DNA from: an uncultured Clostridia bacterium
GTDB taxonomy: Bacteria; Bacillota; Clostridia; Christensenellales; UBA1242
Direction: 5' to 3'
Length of the DNA stretch: 64,000 nucleotides
NCBI GenBank assembly: GCA_944349805.1
Contig: CALVNP010000036.1
Coordinates: 28,843-92,842, forward strand
The notes below the pieces were generated by a model that did no database searches, was not told the origin of the DNA, and saw nothing but the letters and a program-made list of their open reading frames with translations. Both the position numbers and the translations under genes were made by a program. Below, piece by piece: positions 1-10,586 of this stretch. Numbering within the stretch: position 1 is the first letter of the stretch; each line of letters starts with the position of its first letter.

Positions 1-31
1 TAAATATCTTAGTGAATTCTTCCCAAACCAT
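1..31 (-). CDS. 5' end (10 codons, MVWEEFTKIF...) of an unidentified gene running off the left edge
   Basis: ATG at 29-31 on the minus strand, AGGAGGG Shine-Dalgarno at 35-41, TGTTATAAT extended -10 at 52-60. Too short to name. Confidence 0.35.
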   Translation of the reverse strand, partial: MVWEEFTKIF

Positions 32-113
32 ATTCCCTCCTAACTGATTGAATTATAACATACATTTTAAAAAAAGAAAAGAGTGTTTTTAAAATAAAAT
101 AAAAAAGAGTAAG

Positions 114-1295
114 TCAATTTAACTTTACTCTTAAAATATCTCCTTCTTTTAAGGAAAATGAAGTTTTTATCATTAATTGTTCTTGAACTTTTTTTGCATC
201 TATTACATCTTCTCCAAGCACATTTTTTATTTCTTCAACAACAAAAGTCTTATTAAAGTTTTCATCTGACGACAAAATTTCAAGTTCATCACCAATTTTA
301 AACCTGTTTCGCTGTTCAACTTTAACCCAACCATCTTTTGCATCATTTAATACGATAGCAACAAATTCATAAGTTTGAACGGGACTTGAAGATTCGTAAC
401 ATTCTTTATTGTTCTCCCCGAAAAAAAAGCCCGTTGTGAATCTTCTATGACTTGTTTTTTCAAGCTCTGAAACTTCAATTTTTTGACCAAGAAGGGCTCT
501 TTTGTAAGCATTGAAAACACAAGCAACATAGTATTCAGACTTCATTCTGCCCTCAATTTTAAAAGAACATACACCAGCATTTTCTAGCTCTTTTAAATGT
601 TCAAGTAAGCATAAATCCTTACTATTAAGAATATATGTTCCCCTTCCATCTTCTTGTATAGGGAATTGTTCGCCTTGTCTAGATTTTTCTGTTATAGTAT
701 ACTCCCACCTACAAGCCTGTACACAAGCCCCACGATTACTATCTCTACCTGTAAAGTAATTTGAAAGCAAACATCTTCCAGAATAAGATATGCACATAGC
801 ACCGTGAACAAAAGCCTCCAACTCCACATTTGGAACGCCCTTCTTTATGCTTTTAATTTCTTCAATACTGAGTTCTCTTGCAAGAACAATTCTTTTAACA
901 CCCAAATCTGCATAAAATTTTGCTGAATAACTGTTTGTTACATTTGCTTGTGTACTTATATGAATGTCTAAATTTGGAGCAACTTCTCGAATTAATTTTA
1001 CTATTCCAACATCTGCGACAATAACAGCATCTACACCGACATTATATAAGTACAGTATATAATCTTTCAAACCCACAAAATCACTCTCGTGAGCTAAAAT
1101 ATTTACAGTTATGTAAACTTTTTTATTTAATGAATGGGCATATTTTACTGCTTTTTCAATTTCATCATCTTCAAAATTGCCTGCAAAAGCTCTAAGTCCA
1201 TATTTTTTTCCAGCAAAATAAACAGCATCTGCTCCAAACTTAAATGCTGTTTTTAATTTTAAATATGTTCCTGCTGGTGCCAATAATTCTACCAT
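114..1295 (-). CDS. peptidase U32 family protein (collagenase-like / YhbU-RlhA-TrhP type)
   Basis: 393-aa ORF. The U32 signature is present as 'EAFVHGAMCISYSGRCLLS'. The N-terminal 'LLAPAG...GADAVYFAG' is typical of the family. Confidence 0.85.
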   Translation of the reverse strand: MVELLAPAGTYLKLKTAFKFGADAVYFAGKKYGLRAFAGNFEDDEIEKAVKYAHSLNKKVYITVNILAHESDFVGLKDYILYLYNVGVDAVIVADVGIVKLIREVAPNLDIHISTQANVTNSYSAKFYADLGVKRIVLARELSIEEIKSIKKGVPNVELEAFVHGAMCISYSGRCLLSNYFTGRDSNRGACVQACRWEYTITEKSRQGEQFPIQEDGRGTYILNSKDLCLLEHLKELENAGVCSFKIEGRMKSEYYVACVFNAYKRALLGQKIEVSELEKTSHRRFTTGFFFGENNKECYESSSPVQTYEFVAIVLNDAKDGWVKVEQRNRFKIGDELEILSSDENFNKTFVVEEIKNVLGEDVIDAKKVQEQLMIKTSFSLKEGDILRVKLN

Positions 1296-1329
1296 ATTTT
1301 TATTATATCACATAATTTATATTTGTCAA
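1296..1329 (-). promoter_or_regulatory. sigma-A type promoter abutting the start codon (predicted leaderless mRNA for the U32 peptidase gene)
   Basis: Minus strand reads TTGACA (1324-1329), 16 nt ending in TGA, TATAAT (1302-1307), 6 nt, then ATG (1293-1295). No Shine-Dalgarno. Confidence 0.5.
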
Positions 1330-1439
1330 ATTACATTTTCTATGAAAAATAATGTTGATTAATAAAAATAAGGAAAAATATGTAAAAAAATAATTAAAAT
1401 TAATTTTTTTTAAATTAAAAGCAGATTAATAATAAATTA

Positions 1440-2039
1440 TTATAAATTTATTGAATTAATTTCATTTCTTCTATCGTAAGCTTCTTGAACAGCAGCCTGA
1501 TGACTTTCGTCAACTCTTTTTGTACCGTGAGTTTTACTATTTAAAAAATGAATACAGGTATGTCCGTCCTGCCCATTATCAATTAAGGTGTAACCGTGTG
1601 GCATACCATTGATTGACCCTGCAACAAATACACCATTAATTTCCACCCATACAGGTCTTCTGACCCAGCTCCATTCATAATTATATAAGCTATGAAAAAT
1701 ATCTACATTTTTTGCATCTATTGGTTCTACATCTGCGTGATTATATCCCCCTGTTCTTTTAACATAATATTGTTTTTTTGTATTGACATCAATAACTCTA
1801 ACAGTTACATACTTTTCAAAAAATGTATCCATAACATCAAACCAATCCAAACTTACAACTTTTACATTAGATGAACCTATTGCAGGTGTATTTTCATTTT
1901 CGTTTTTATCATTTAAGTCCTGATTTTGTCCAACAGTTAAAGTTGCAGAGCTAGAAAAAAACGGATAAGGAAAAGCACTTGCCCAAAAATTAGCAAGGAA
2001 AAATGAAACTATTAAAAAAAGTGTGAAATATTTATTCAT
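1440..2039 (-). CDS. secreted hypothetical protein
   Basis: 199-aa ORF with an N-terminal hydrophobic signal-like segment (MNKYFTLFLIVSFFLANFWASA). The C-terminal half is rich in His/Cys ('GHTCIHFLNSKTHGT'). No family recognised. Confidence 0.55.
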   Translation of the reverse strand: MNKYFTLFLIVSFFLANFWASAFPYPFFSSSATLTVGQNQDLNDKNENENTPAIGSSNVKVVSLDWFDVMDTFFEKYVTVRVIDVNTKKQYYVKRTGGYNHADVEPIDAKNVDIFHSLYNYEWSWVRRPVWVEINGVFVAGSINGMPHGYTLIDNGQDGHTCIHFLNSKTHGTKRVDESHQAAVQEAYDRRNEINSINL

Positions 2040-2090
2040 TTCACACTTATTTTGTCTAATTTATTAAAAATTAATCAAAAAAGATAAATA

Positions 2091-2756
2091 TTATTTTAAT
2101 TTATTATAAATAATCTCATGTATCTCATCAATTGTTTTTAAATCTCCAAATTCATTAATACAATCAATTTTATCCCAATTATATTTTTCACAAATCCACT
2201 TTGCAGTGTTGTAAGCGTTAATTATATGACTATCATCAGCTTCGTGAATATCTTTTTTTTCTCCATTTTTTAAAACTCCTCTTTGTTCTCTTAATTTTTT
2301 ACTAATTTCAGGTGGAACATCTAAAAAGAAAATTTTATCTGGTTTTGGAAGCTTTAATAACTCAAATTCAAATTCATTTAACCAATTTATATACTTTATT
2401 CTTTCATTTTCATCTTTAATTTTACAAGCCTGATGTATCATATTAGACTGAACATATCTATCTAAAACAATAATACCCCCATTCTTATAAAATACCTCAA
2501 AATTTTTCATAGTACAAAACCTATCTACTCCAAAAAGTACAGAAGCTTGATATGCATCTATATCGTTTGCATTTTCACCTAATGCACCAGATAAATATAG
2601 TTTAACAGGACCTGATGAGGTGCTCTCATAATTTGGGAAGCTTTGCATAACCACTTTTTTACCTTCTGCAAGCAATCTTTCATATAATTTTTTAGACTGC
2701 ATTTGTTTACCTGAACCATCAGTTCCTTCAATAACAATAATTTTACCTTTGTTCAT
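2091..2756 (-). CDS. tmk: dTMP (thymidylate) kinase
   Basis: 221 aa. P-loop 'IVIEGTDGSGK', 'DRY' motif, Tmk-like length. GGAG SD upstream of the ATG. Confidence 0.9.
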   Translation of the reverse strand: MNKGKIIVIEGTDGSGKQMQSKKLYERLLAEGKKVVMQSFPNYESTSSGPVKLYLSGALGENANDIDAYQASVLFGVDRFCTMKNFEVFYKNGGIIVLDRYVQSNMIHQACKIKDENERIKYINWLNEFEFELLKLPKPDKIFFLDVPPEISKKLREQRGVLKNGEKKDIHEADDSHIINAYNTAKWICEKYNWDKIDCINEFGDLKTIDEIHEIIYNKLK

Positions 2757-2906
2757 AAAAACTCCTCATAGTTAAGGTTATCACAATAATAAAAGATTAT
2801 CAACAAAACATTAGAACTTTTTTGTCAAAAAAAGCTATATCCTTACAAATTTCTTTTTTGTTAAATTTTTTTATTAAGATATAATTTAACTATCAAGGAG
2901 GAACAT

Positions 2907-3215
2907 ATGAAAAACAAAAATGACTTGTTAAAAATGTTAGTTTTGCAAGCAAAATGCAGGTTAAGGGGTGAAAATGCTCCACGAAAGGAAAATGTAAAAT
3001 TAATTTCTAAAACAGAAGATGATGTTTTATATGAGAAAGTTATAACAATTTTAAATGAAGATGAAGAAGTTTTAAATCCTATAGCACGACTTATGGATAT
3101 GGGAACGTATAAAAAATTAGACAACATCGGAAAAGAAAGATATTTTTTTAATCTTGTGAACAAATATAAGGATTTAAAAGAAAGATATATTAAAGAACAA
3201 AAAAAAATTTGCTAA
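2907..3215 (+). CDS. small hypothetical protein (102 aa, Lys/Glu-rich)
   Basis: Strong SD (AAGGAGG, 2895-2901) 6 nt before the ATG. TTGTTA-N16-TATAAT promoter-like element about 25 nt upstream. Preferred over the overlapping antisense ORF 2861-3163. Confidence 0.5.
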   Translation: MKNKNDLLKMLVLQAKCRLRGENAPRKENVKLISKTEDDVLYEKVITILNEDEEVLNPIARLMDMGTYKKLDNIGKERYFFNLVNKYKDLKERYIKEQKKIC

Positions 3216-3231
3216 CTGCAAATTTTTTTTA
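3201..3231. terminator. bidirectional rho-independent terminator between convergent genes
   Basis: A-run, stem AAATTTGC (3205-3212), loop TAACT, stem GCAAATTT (3218-3225), T-run. Overlaps both stop codons. Confidence 0.5.
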
Positions 3232-5022
3232 TTTGTTTTCTTCTTTTAAAATTCTGTCCCAATCTTCTAAAATTATATTAATAAATTCAAAAGCTTGGTC
3301 AAATGTATTTTTATCTTGTAAATCCACTCCTGCAATTTTTAATAATTCTAATGGTGGCAAAGAACTTCCACTAGATAAAAACTTAATATAGTTTTCTGTT
3401 GCATCAGCCTTACCTTCAAATATATTCCTTGCAATGACCATTGCACTTATTAAACCTGTGGCATATTTATAAACATAAAATGAATTGTAAAAATGTGGTA
3501 TTCTACTCCATTCAAACTTTATTTCATCAACAAGCTCAACTTTTTCTCCAAAATATCTCTTATTTAATTCATAGTAATAATTGTTTAAAATATCTTTGGA
3601 AAGTGCATTTGTTTCTTCATAAGTCTTATGTGCAAAATATTCAAATTCAGAAAACATAGTTTGACGAAATACGCTTCCTCTAAACATACTTAAAAGATAA
3701 TCATAATAATATATTTTTTCATTTACAGACTTAGCATTTTGGGATAAATATAAAAGCATTAACATTTCATTAACATTGCTTGCAACTTCAGCAACAAAAA
3801 TTGTGTAACCTGCATCTTGATATGGTTGATTTTTATTAGAATAAAAGGTATGCATACAGTGTCCAAGCTCGTGAGCTAAGGTAAATAAAGAGTTGCAATT
3901 TGAAACAAAATTAGTCAAAACAACAGGATGCACCCCGTATGCACCCCAAGAGAAAGCACCAGTATCTTTTCCTTCATTTTCATAAACATCAATCCATCTT
4001 TCTTTATATGCTTTATCAATTAAGTTTAAATAATCTTCTCCCAATGGCAAGCAAGCTTTTTTTACAAGTTGAATTGCTTCTTCGTAAGATATTTTTATAT
4101 CAAAAGTTTTAGATGTCTTAGCATATATATCATATATTGCAAACTTTTCTAATCCAAGCTGTCTTCTTTTGATATCAAAATATTTGTGGAAAACATTAAG
4201 ATTGTTTTCTACCCCATTCATTAAGGCTTTATAAACTTCTTCACTTGCTTCTTCACTATAAATTGACGCAGAAAGAGCTGATGGATAATTTCTAATCTGA
4301 GCAAAAAAACAACCCATTTTAACTTCATTTATATAATTTGTTGCAATGGTATTGTTAAAATTCCCATAAGCTTTATTCATATTAATTATCGCATTTTTTC
4401 TAAGTTCTCTGTCATTATCTTCAACAAGCAAGGAGTAGGTTGCGTGAGTAAGCTTATGTTTTACACCTTTGCTATCCAATGCGTCTTCAAATTTTATATC
4501 AGCATTATCAAACATATCAAAAACATCGGAAAAACCACCTGTAAAATCTCCCATTTTGGAAAGTAATTTTTCTTCATCTTTTGAAAGTAAATGTTTTTTA
4601 TTTCTTATAATTTCTCTAAAAACATTCTTAAATTGAGGAAAATTGTTATTATTCATTAATTTTTCAAGTTTGTCATCTGACAAAGCACTAATTTCCACAC
4701 TTATAAAACTAGTTATCACCCCAAACTTTACACAAACTGAACTAACCTTTTCATTCAACTCAACAGCTATACTATCATTTGCATTTTGTTTAACTAAGAG
4801 TGAAGAATAAACATATAATCTGGATAAAACTTGACTTATTTCACTTTCTAAAGTTAAGCAATCATAAATTTCCTTATCATATTTAAGTTTGTTTTCAAAT
4901 TTTGCAATTTTATCAAATTTTTTTGTTATTTCCAAAAGTTCTTTTTCGCAGTTTTCGACACTGCTACAATACTCAGTTAAATCCCATTTATACTTTTCTT
5001 CAATCTCTTCTCGTTTTTTCAT
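3229..5022 (-). CDS. pepF: oligoendopeptidase F (M3B family)
   Basis: 597 aa. Zinc motif 'HELGHCMH' plus a downstream 'EVAS' Glu ligand region. Length and layout are typical of PepF. AGGAG SD. Confidence 0.9.
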   Translation of the reverse strand: MKKREEIEEKYKWDLTEYCSSVENCEKELLEITKKFDKIAKFENKLKYDKEIYDCLTLESEISQVLSRLYVYSSLLVKQNANDSIAVELNEKVSSVCVKFGVITSFISVEISALSDDKLEKLMNNNNFPQFKNVFREIIRNKKHLLSKDEEKLLSKMGDFTGGFSDVFDMFDNADIKFEDALDSKGVKHKLTHATYSLLVEDNDRELRKNAIINMNKAYGNFNNTIATNYINEVKMGCFFAQIRNYPSALSASIYSEEASEEVYKALMNGVENNLNVFHKYFDIKRRQLGLEKFAIYDIYAKTSKTFDIKISYEEAIQLVKKACLPLGEDYLNLIDKAYKERWIDVYENEGKDTGAFSWGAYGVHPVVLTNFVSNCNSLFTLAHELGHCMHTFYSNKNQPYQDAGYTIFVAEVASNVNEMLMLLYLSQNAKSVNEKIYYYDYLLSMFRGSVFRQTMFSEFEYFAHKTYEETNALSKDILNNYYYELNKRYFGEKVELVDEIKFEWSRIPHFYNSFYVYKYATGLISAMVIARNIFEGKADATENYIKFLSSGSSLPPLELLKIAGVDLQDKNTFDQAFEFINIILEDWDRILKEENK

Positions 5023-5031
5023 AAAACTCCT

Positions 5032-5715
5032 TTAATTTAAGAATTTTTGGATATTAAACTCTGTCCAAGGTTTTTCTTCTGGTGGATAAACTTTAAAATG
5101 TAAAGTTTCGTCCTTCGTTGGATGCTTAAAGGTCAACTCTCCTGCCCATAATGCCAAGTGTTTTGTTGATTTTGTTTGTCTACCATATTTCCCGTCACCA
5201 AACAATGGAGCGCCAATATTTGCCATTTGAACTCTAATTTGGTGAGAACGCCCTGTCAATATACCAACTTTAACAAAGGCATAGTTTTTTTGAATTTCTA
5301 AAACATTATAAATTGTTTCAGCAAATTTAGCATTTTTTTCTGACATAGGAACAATTTTTACAATATTATCATCTTTTTTTAAATAATTTACTAAATGTCC
5401 ATCAAGTTCCTTTGGAACACCATCAGTTACACAATAATAAGTTTTTACAAAATCTCCATTTTTAATCTGGTCTGTAAGCCTTTTTGCAGATTTACTAGTT
5501 TTTGCAAAGACCATAATTCCACCTGTGGGTCTATCTAATCTGTGAACCAATCCCACATAAGCTTCCCCAGGTTTATTGTATTTTTCTTTTATATAATTTT
5601 TAACCATATTTAGCATATCTAAGTCGCCACTTTCATCAGCTTGACTAGGAACATTTTGTGGTTTAACTACAACTAATAAATGATTATCTTCATAAATAAT
5701 ATTCAAATTTTCCAT
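5032..5715 (-). CDS. RluA-family pseudouridine synthase
   Basis: Catalytic motif 'HRLDRPTGG' and 'GRSHQIRVQ'. Start moved to MENLN (ATG 5713-5715, GAGG SD) because the longer track ORF overlaps the upstream gene. Confidence 0.85.
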   Translation of the reverse strand: MENLNIIYEDNHLLVVVKPQNVPSQADESGDLDMLNMVKNYIKEKYNKPGEAYVGLVHRLDRPTGGIMVFAKTSKSAKRLTDQIKNGDFVKTYYCVTDGVPKELDGHLVNYLKKDDNIVKIVPMSEKNAKFAETIYNVLEIQKNYAFVKVGILTGRSHQIRVQMANIGAPLFGDGKYGRQTKSTKHLALWAGELTFKHPTKDETLHFKVYPPEEKPWTEFNIQKFLN

Positions 5716-5723
5716 AATTCCTC

Positions 5724-6575
5724 TTAAAAAAATGCAAAAGCACTTGCTCCACAAGGAAGAACAATACCCTCGTTTGTTGGAACACCAATTTCATCAGCTT
5801 CAATTTTTGTTGTTTTAAATGCAAGTTGCAATAAGTTTTTTAACACACTTGCTTGCAAACCTGTCGTGTAAGAATTTAAAAGCACAAATAAAGGTTTATC
5901 TGAAAGAATTTTTTTACATTCCTGCAAAAATTCAAACAGATTGTTTTCTAGTTTCCACATTTCACCGTTAGGTCCACGACCATAACTTGGTGGGTCTAAA
6001 ATAATAGCATCATATTTCTTTCCACGCCTAATTTCTCTCTGAACAAATTTAAAGCAATCATCAACTATAAATCTTACAGGTCTGTCAGAAAGTCCAGAAA
6101 GAGCAATGTTTTCCTTAGCTCTTTCAACCATACCTTTACTTGCATCAATATGAGTTACGGAAGCTCCTGCACTTGCAAGGGCAACCGTTGCACCACCTGT
6201 ATAAGCAAAAAGATTTAACGCATTAATTGGCCTTTTTGCACTACTTACTAAATCTATCATTTTGTCCCAATTTACAGCTTGTTCGGGGAATAAACCCGTA
6301 TGTTTAAAGCCCATAGGTTTTATTTTAAATTTTAAATTATTATAGGAAATTACCCAACTTTCAGGATGTTTTTTTAAGATTTCCCATTTACCACCACCCG
6401 TACTTTCTCTGATGTAATGAGCATTTAATTTAGAAAAGCTTTCCAAATTTTCATCAGATTTCCAAATCACTTGTGGGTCTGGACGAAGGAGATAAACATC
6501 TCCCCATCGTTCCAACTTCTCACCATTATTTGTGGCGATAATTTCATAATCTTTCCAATTATTTGCAACTTTCAT
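5724..6575 (-). CDS. class I SAM-dependent methyltransferase (RlmI/YccW-like catalytic domain, no PUA domain)
   Basis: 283 aa. Motif I 'LNLFAYTGGATVALA', 'ILDPPSYGRG' (DPP motif). Its start lies 1 nt after the ileS stop. Confidence 0.75.
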   Translation of the reverse strand: MKVANNWKDYEIIATNNGEKLERWGDVYLLRPDPQVIWKSDENLESFSKLNAHYIRESTGGGKWEILKKHPESWVISYNNLKFKIKPMGFKHTGLFPEQAVNWDKMIDLVSSAKRPINALNLFAYTGGATVALASAGASVTHIDASKGMVERAKENIALSGLSDRPVRFIVDDCFKFVQREIRRGKKYDAIILDPPSYGRGPNGEMWKLENNLFEFLQECKKILSDKPLFVLLNSYTTGLQASVLKNLLQLAFKTTKIEADEIGVPTNEGIVLPCGASAFAFF

Positions 6576-6576
6576 T

Positions 6577-9500
6577 TTATGCCTTTTTCATTTTTATTTC
6601 AATTTCTTCTTCACTTACAGTTAATGTTTTTTCAAAGTCAGCATTTTCAATTTGGTCTTTAATTTCTTTAATTAAAACCTCTTCTTTAATTTTATCATTA
6701 TATTTTTCAATAACTTCTAATAATGAAGCACTACTTGTTTTTAAACTTACAATAATTCTATCTTCAACTTTAAATCCTGCTTCTTTTCTTAAAATTTGTA
6801 AAGCTCTCGTCAATTCTCTAAAAAGTCCTTCAATCATAAGTTGTTCGTCTAAAGTTGTATCTAAAACAACAGTAATTTCACCATCGGACATTATTACAAA
6901 CTCTTGTTTTGGTTTTGAACATACAACAAACAAATCGCTACTTAAATTTTTAAATTCCCCAACATCAACTTGTCCATTGTCATATTGTTTAACCACCTGT
7001 GACATTTCATCATCATTTAACTCTGCAAGATTGTTTTTTAACTTTTGAACATCACCTTTTAAAACTGCACCAGCATTTTTAAAGTTTACGATTAAATATC
7101 TTTCATTAAACCTTTCAACATTTTCTTCAAATTTCAAGTCCTTAATATTCAATTCTTCTTTTATGATATCGGCAAACATTTCCACACTCTTTTTAACAGA
7201 AGAATTTGCACAAACATACATTTCTTTTAAAGGTTGTTTGATTTTAAGCTGATTTTCATTTCTAAGTCTTTGAGCAAGAGTAATAATATTTCTTACAACA
7301 TCCGTATCTCTATCCAAACCTGAATTTTCAATTTTTAGCATTTTATCAGGGAAATCTGATAAGATAATACTTATAGGAGATTCAGGTTCAAAGCTTCTAA
7401 CCATATTTTGCCAGATATGTTCTGTCATAAATGGTATGATTGGTGCCATAACTTGACATACAACTTTAAGTGCAGTGTATAAACACCAATATGCAGTTTT
7501 CTTATCATCTTCATCATCTGACTTCCAAAATCTTCTTCTATTAACTCTAATATACCAATTTGTTAAATCATCAATATATTTTTCAAAATCTCTAACCACC
7601 ATAAAGAATTGTTGGTCATCATAATATTTTTTTGAATTTGATATAAATGCGTTTGTAACTTCAACGAGCCATCTATCCGTAATATTATTCAAATTTGGTT
7701 TAAAATTTTTAAGATTAGGTTTGTCTAGAACTGCATATGTGTTAAAGAAAATATAGGCATTCCAAAGACCTAAAAGTTTTCTTCTTATTTCATCAGTAAT
7801 TGCATACCCAAATCTAGTGTCACTAAGCATATTGTTAGATGCAAACATATATCTGATAACATCGGAACCAATCTTGTTTGATGCATCAAAGAAACTTATA
7901 TTATTTTTACCAGATTTTGAAAATTTTGAGCCATCTTCTGCAACAAGAGCTGCAAAGCCAATAACCTTTTCATAAGGTGCTCTTCCTGTTAATGCAACAC
8001 TCATAAAAAGCAAAGAATAGAACCAAAGTCTAATTTGTTCCTTCATTTCAATAACACATTCTGCAGGGAAATTTTTCTCCCAAAATTTCCTATCAGTAAA
8101 ATATTTTTTTGTACTAAATGGAGTTATACCAGCATCAAGCCAGCAGTCACCAACTTCTGTAACTCTTTTCACCTTTTCACCACAATGTGGACAGGTAATT
8201 TCAATATCATCAATGTATGGTCTATGAAGATGAGGAAGCTTTTCCACTTCTTCTTTACTAGACAAATCTTTTAATTCCTGCAAGGACCCAACAACTGTTG
8301 TTTTTCCACATTTTGAGCAAACATAAAATGGAAGTGGCAAACCATAAAAACGCTTTCTTGAAATACACCAATCACCCATATTTTCTAGCCAATCGGTCAT
8401 TCTCTTTTTCATAAACTCTGGTTGCCATTTTACTGTATCAACAGCTTTTAATAGCAATGGTCTTATTTCATCAGCCTTAATGTACCACTCCTTAGTAAGC
8501 CTAAAAATTAATGGATTTTTACATCTCCAACAAATTGGATACCTATGAAGGTGTTTATGAGTATAATAAAGTTTACCCCTATTTTTTAGTTCTTCAAAAA
8601 CAAGGTCTGCAACTTCTGTTGTACTTTTATTAGATAAGAAACCAAAATTTTTATAAAATACTCCATTTTCATCAACAGGTATAACATTTGGAAGACCCAA
8701 GCTTTGACCAAGCTCAAAATCTTCTGCCCCACAACCAGGGGCAATATGCACAGCACCAGACCCTTCCTGAGCATCTACTTGCTCCCAAGCAACAATTTTA
8801 TGTTCAAAATTTTGTTCATCTAGCTCAGGGAAACAAGTCTCATACACAGAGCCAATAAGTTCTTCCCCCTTTACTGTTTTTACCACTTCTAAAACATCAT
8901 CTTTTAAAACTTTTATTGCCGTCGAGCATACAATTAAATTTCTATTTGAGCTTTTAACTTTACAAATGCTATATTCCAAATCTGGATTTACAGCTATTGC
9001 AACATTTGCTGAGAGTGTCCAAGGAGTTGTTGTCCAAACTAAGATATCGTTATTAGTATTTTTTATTGGCAACTTAAAAAACACAGCAAGATGTTCCATA
9101 TCCTTATAGCTATCAGCAAGTTCGTGCTCAGAAAGTGAAGTTCCACAATGACTACACCAAGGCATTGGGCGATATTTTTGAACTAACCAACCCTTTTTAA
9201 AACATTCCTTTAAAAAGTACCAAATAGATGTTATATTTTCATCAGAATTGGTAAAATATGAATTTTCCCAATCCATCCACTGTCCCAATCTTTTAGATTG
9301 TTCAGTAATAATTCCAGAATATTTTTTTACTCTGTTCATACAAGCAGTCGTAAATTTATCAAGTCCAAGTTTTTCAATATCTCTCTTGTCTTTAAGCCCT
9401 AATTCTTTTTCTGTTTCAACTTCAACCCAAAGTCCTTGTGAATCGAAACCATTTTGATAATGTGCAGAGTAACCATTCATAGCCTTATATTTCAACATAA

Positions 9501-9699
9501 TATCTTTCAAACTTCTATTCCAAGCGTGATGAACTCCCATTCCATTATTTGCTGTTATTGGGCCATCTAGAAAACGAAAATGTTTGTCAGAATTTTCATT
9601 CTTTTTAACCAACTTTTCAAAACATTTATTATCTTCCCAAAATTTTAAAACTTCTTCTTCATTTTTTATAAAATCTGGCATTGATTCTTCTTTTTTCAT
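6577..9699 (-). CDS. ileS: isoleucine--tRNA ligase (type 2)
   Basis: 1040 aa. 'GPITANNGMGVHHAWNR' (HIGH-region variant of type-2 IleRS), 'KFSKSGKN' (KMSKS), CP1 editing 'TTPWTL', 'DWCISRKRFYG', Cys-rich zinc knuckles. AGGAG SD. Confidence 0.85.
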   Translation of the reverse strand: MKKEESMPDFIKNEEEVLKFWEDNKCFEKLVKKNENSDKHFRFLDGPITANNGMGVHHAWNRSLKDIMLKYKAMNGYSAHYQNGFDSQGLWVEVETEKELGLKDKRDIEKLGLDKFTTACMNRVKKYSGIITEQSKRLGQWMDWENSYFTNSDENITSIWYFLKECFKKGWLVQKYRPMPWCSHCGTSLSEHELADSYKDMEHLAVFFKLPIKNTNNDILVWTTTPWTLSANVAIAVNPDLEYSICKVKSSNRNLIVCSTAIKVLKDDVLEVVKTVKGEELIGSVYETCFPELDEQNFEHKIVAWEQVDAQEGSGAVHIAPGCGAEDFELGQSLGLPNVIPVDENGVFYKNFGFLSNKSTTEVADLVFEELKNRGKLYYTHKHLHRYPICWRCKNPLIFRLTKEWYIKADEIRPLLLKAVDTVKWQPEFMKKRMTDWLENMGDWCISRKRFYGLPLPFYVCSKCGKTTVVGSLQELKDLSSKEEVEKLPHLHRPYIDDIEITCPHCGEKVKRVTEVGDCWLDAGITPFSTKKYFTDRKFWEKNFPAECVIEMKEQIRLWFYSLLFMSVALTGRAPYEKVIGFAALVAEDGSKFSKSGKNNISFFDASNKIGSDVIRYMFASNNMLSDTRFGYAITDEIRRKLLGLWNAYIFFNTYAVLDKPNLKNFKPNLNNITDRWLVEVTNAFISNSKKYYDDQQFFMVVRDFEKYIDDLTNWYIRVNRRRFWKSDDEDDKKTAYWCLYTALKVVCQVMAPIIPFMTEHIWQNMVRSFEPESPISIILSDFPDKMLKIENSGLDRDTDVVRNIITLAQRLRNENQLKIKQPLKEMYVCANSSVKKSVEMFADIIKEELNIKDLKFEENVERFNERYLIVNFKNAGAVLKGDVQKLKNNLAELNDDEMSQVVKQYDNGQVDVGEFKNLSSDLFVVCSKPKQEFVIMSDGEITVVLDTTLDEQLMIEGLFRELTRALQILRKEAGFKVEDRIIVSLKTSSASLLEVIEKYNDKIKEEVLIKEIKDQIENADFEKTLTVSEEEIEIKMKKA

Positions 9700-9707
9700 A
9701 TTTACTC

Positions 9708-10430
9708 CTAATAATTCTCTAAAATGTTATTCATATCCATAATATTCGTACTTGTAACAATTCCAAGTGGTGCTTCTTGCATACTTCCCGTTTTGGTAAT
9801 TAAAACTAATAATAATTTTCTATTTTTATCAAAAAGGTCTAAAACTTCTTCAATTGTTACATCATTAGCAACAATTTCATAATATTTAACCCCTTCTGGA
9901 AATTGTTTTAATGCTTCTTCAATTGTTGTATTTTCAATAAATTGTGTTAAATCTTGCCCTTCTTCAATTCTTTTACCAAGCAAATTTAAAATTTTTTGTC
10001 CGTTTGCCACACCAAGCAAGGTTCCTTCTTTATAAACGGGAATATTACTAAATTTTGATGAACTAATAAGTTTAATTACAGTTTTTAAATCCACATTATA
10101 GTTTACCGTTAAAACATCTTGCAAATTTAAAACTTCCAAAACTTTTGGTGGTGTACAAATAATCTTAGCTATTTTTTCCATTTGTACAACTACATCATCG
10201 TGTGGTTCTGCAATGATATACTCATCATTACTTCTGTGAATAATTGCATTTCTAAGCCTGCCAAAATCTATTAAATCATCTTCATACTTTCTAACAATAT
10301 AATTTACAGCAACAGCCCTTCTAATCATATCTGAGTAACCCATACTTCTCTTAAAATTATGTTGAACTCTTAAAGCATAATCAATTTGATTATAAGCTTC
10401 AATAAATCTTTTAGCATTAGTCTTCTGCAT
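9708..10430 (-). CDS. CBS-domain pair protein with an unassigned N-terminal domain
   Basis: 240 aa. The C-terminal two-thirds shows tandem CBS-like segments ('FSNIPVYKEGTLLGVANG', 'LLLVLITKTGSMQEAPLGIVTSTNI'). AGGAG SD. Its stop lies 8 nt before the ileS start, so it is probably co-transcribed. Confidence 0.6.
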   Translation of the reverse strand: MQKTNAKRFIEAYNQIDYALRVQHNFKRSMGYSDMIRRAVAVNYIVRKYEDDLIDFGRLRNAIIHRSNDEYIIAEPHDDVVVQMEKIAKIICTPPKVLEVLNLQDVLTVNYNVDLKTVIKLISSSKFSNIPVYKEGTLLGVANGQKILNLLGKRIEEGQDLTQFIENTTIEEALKQFPEGVKYYEIVANDVTIEEVLDLFDKNRKLLLVLITKTGSMQEAPLGIVTSTNIMDMNNILENY

Positions 10431-10586
10431 ACAAACTCCTTAATCCAAAGCTAATAGATAATACAATACAAACAAATAAAAAGCAACAAATCAAAGGCAA
10501 TTAACCCAAAAACTCCATAATACTAAAAACATAAGTTAAAATAAATAAAAAAATAAAAGTTTTAAAAACTTTTATTTAATAAAAAA

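Noticed and set aside
2861-3163. 100-aa minus-strand ORF overlapping the 102-aa plus-strand ORF
   Set aside because: It has no SD or promoter and a Ser/Phe-rich low-complexity translation. The plus-strand ORF has AAGGAGG plus a promoter.
5716-5754. Longer N-termini offered by the ORF track: rluA-type 5754, glyA 17469, M23 46594, dehydrogenase-like 48275
   Set aside because: In each case an internal ATG is preceded by a proper GGAG/GAGG site at 5-8 nt. The extension either overlaps the upstream gene or swallows the SD.
6563-7048. 161-aa plus-strand ORF antisense to the ileS 3' end (similarly 56714-57163 antisense to pth/mfd, and 53950-55276 inside mfd)
   Set aside because: They are embedded in strongly supported conserved genes and translate to Ser/Phe/Leu-rich low-complexity sequence typical of antisense frames in AT-rich DNA.
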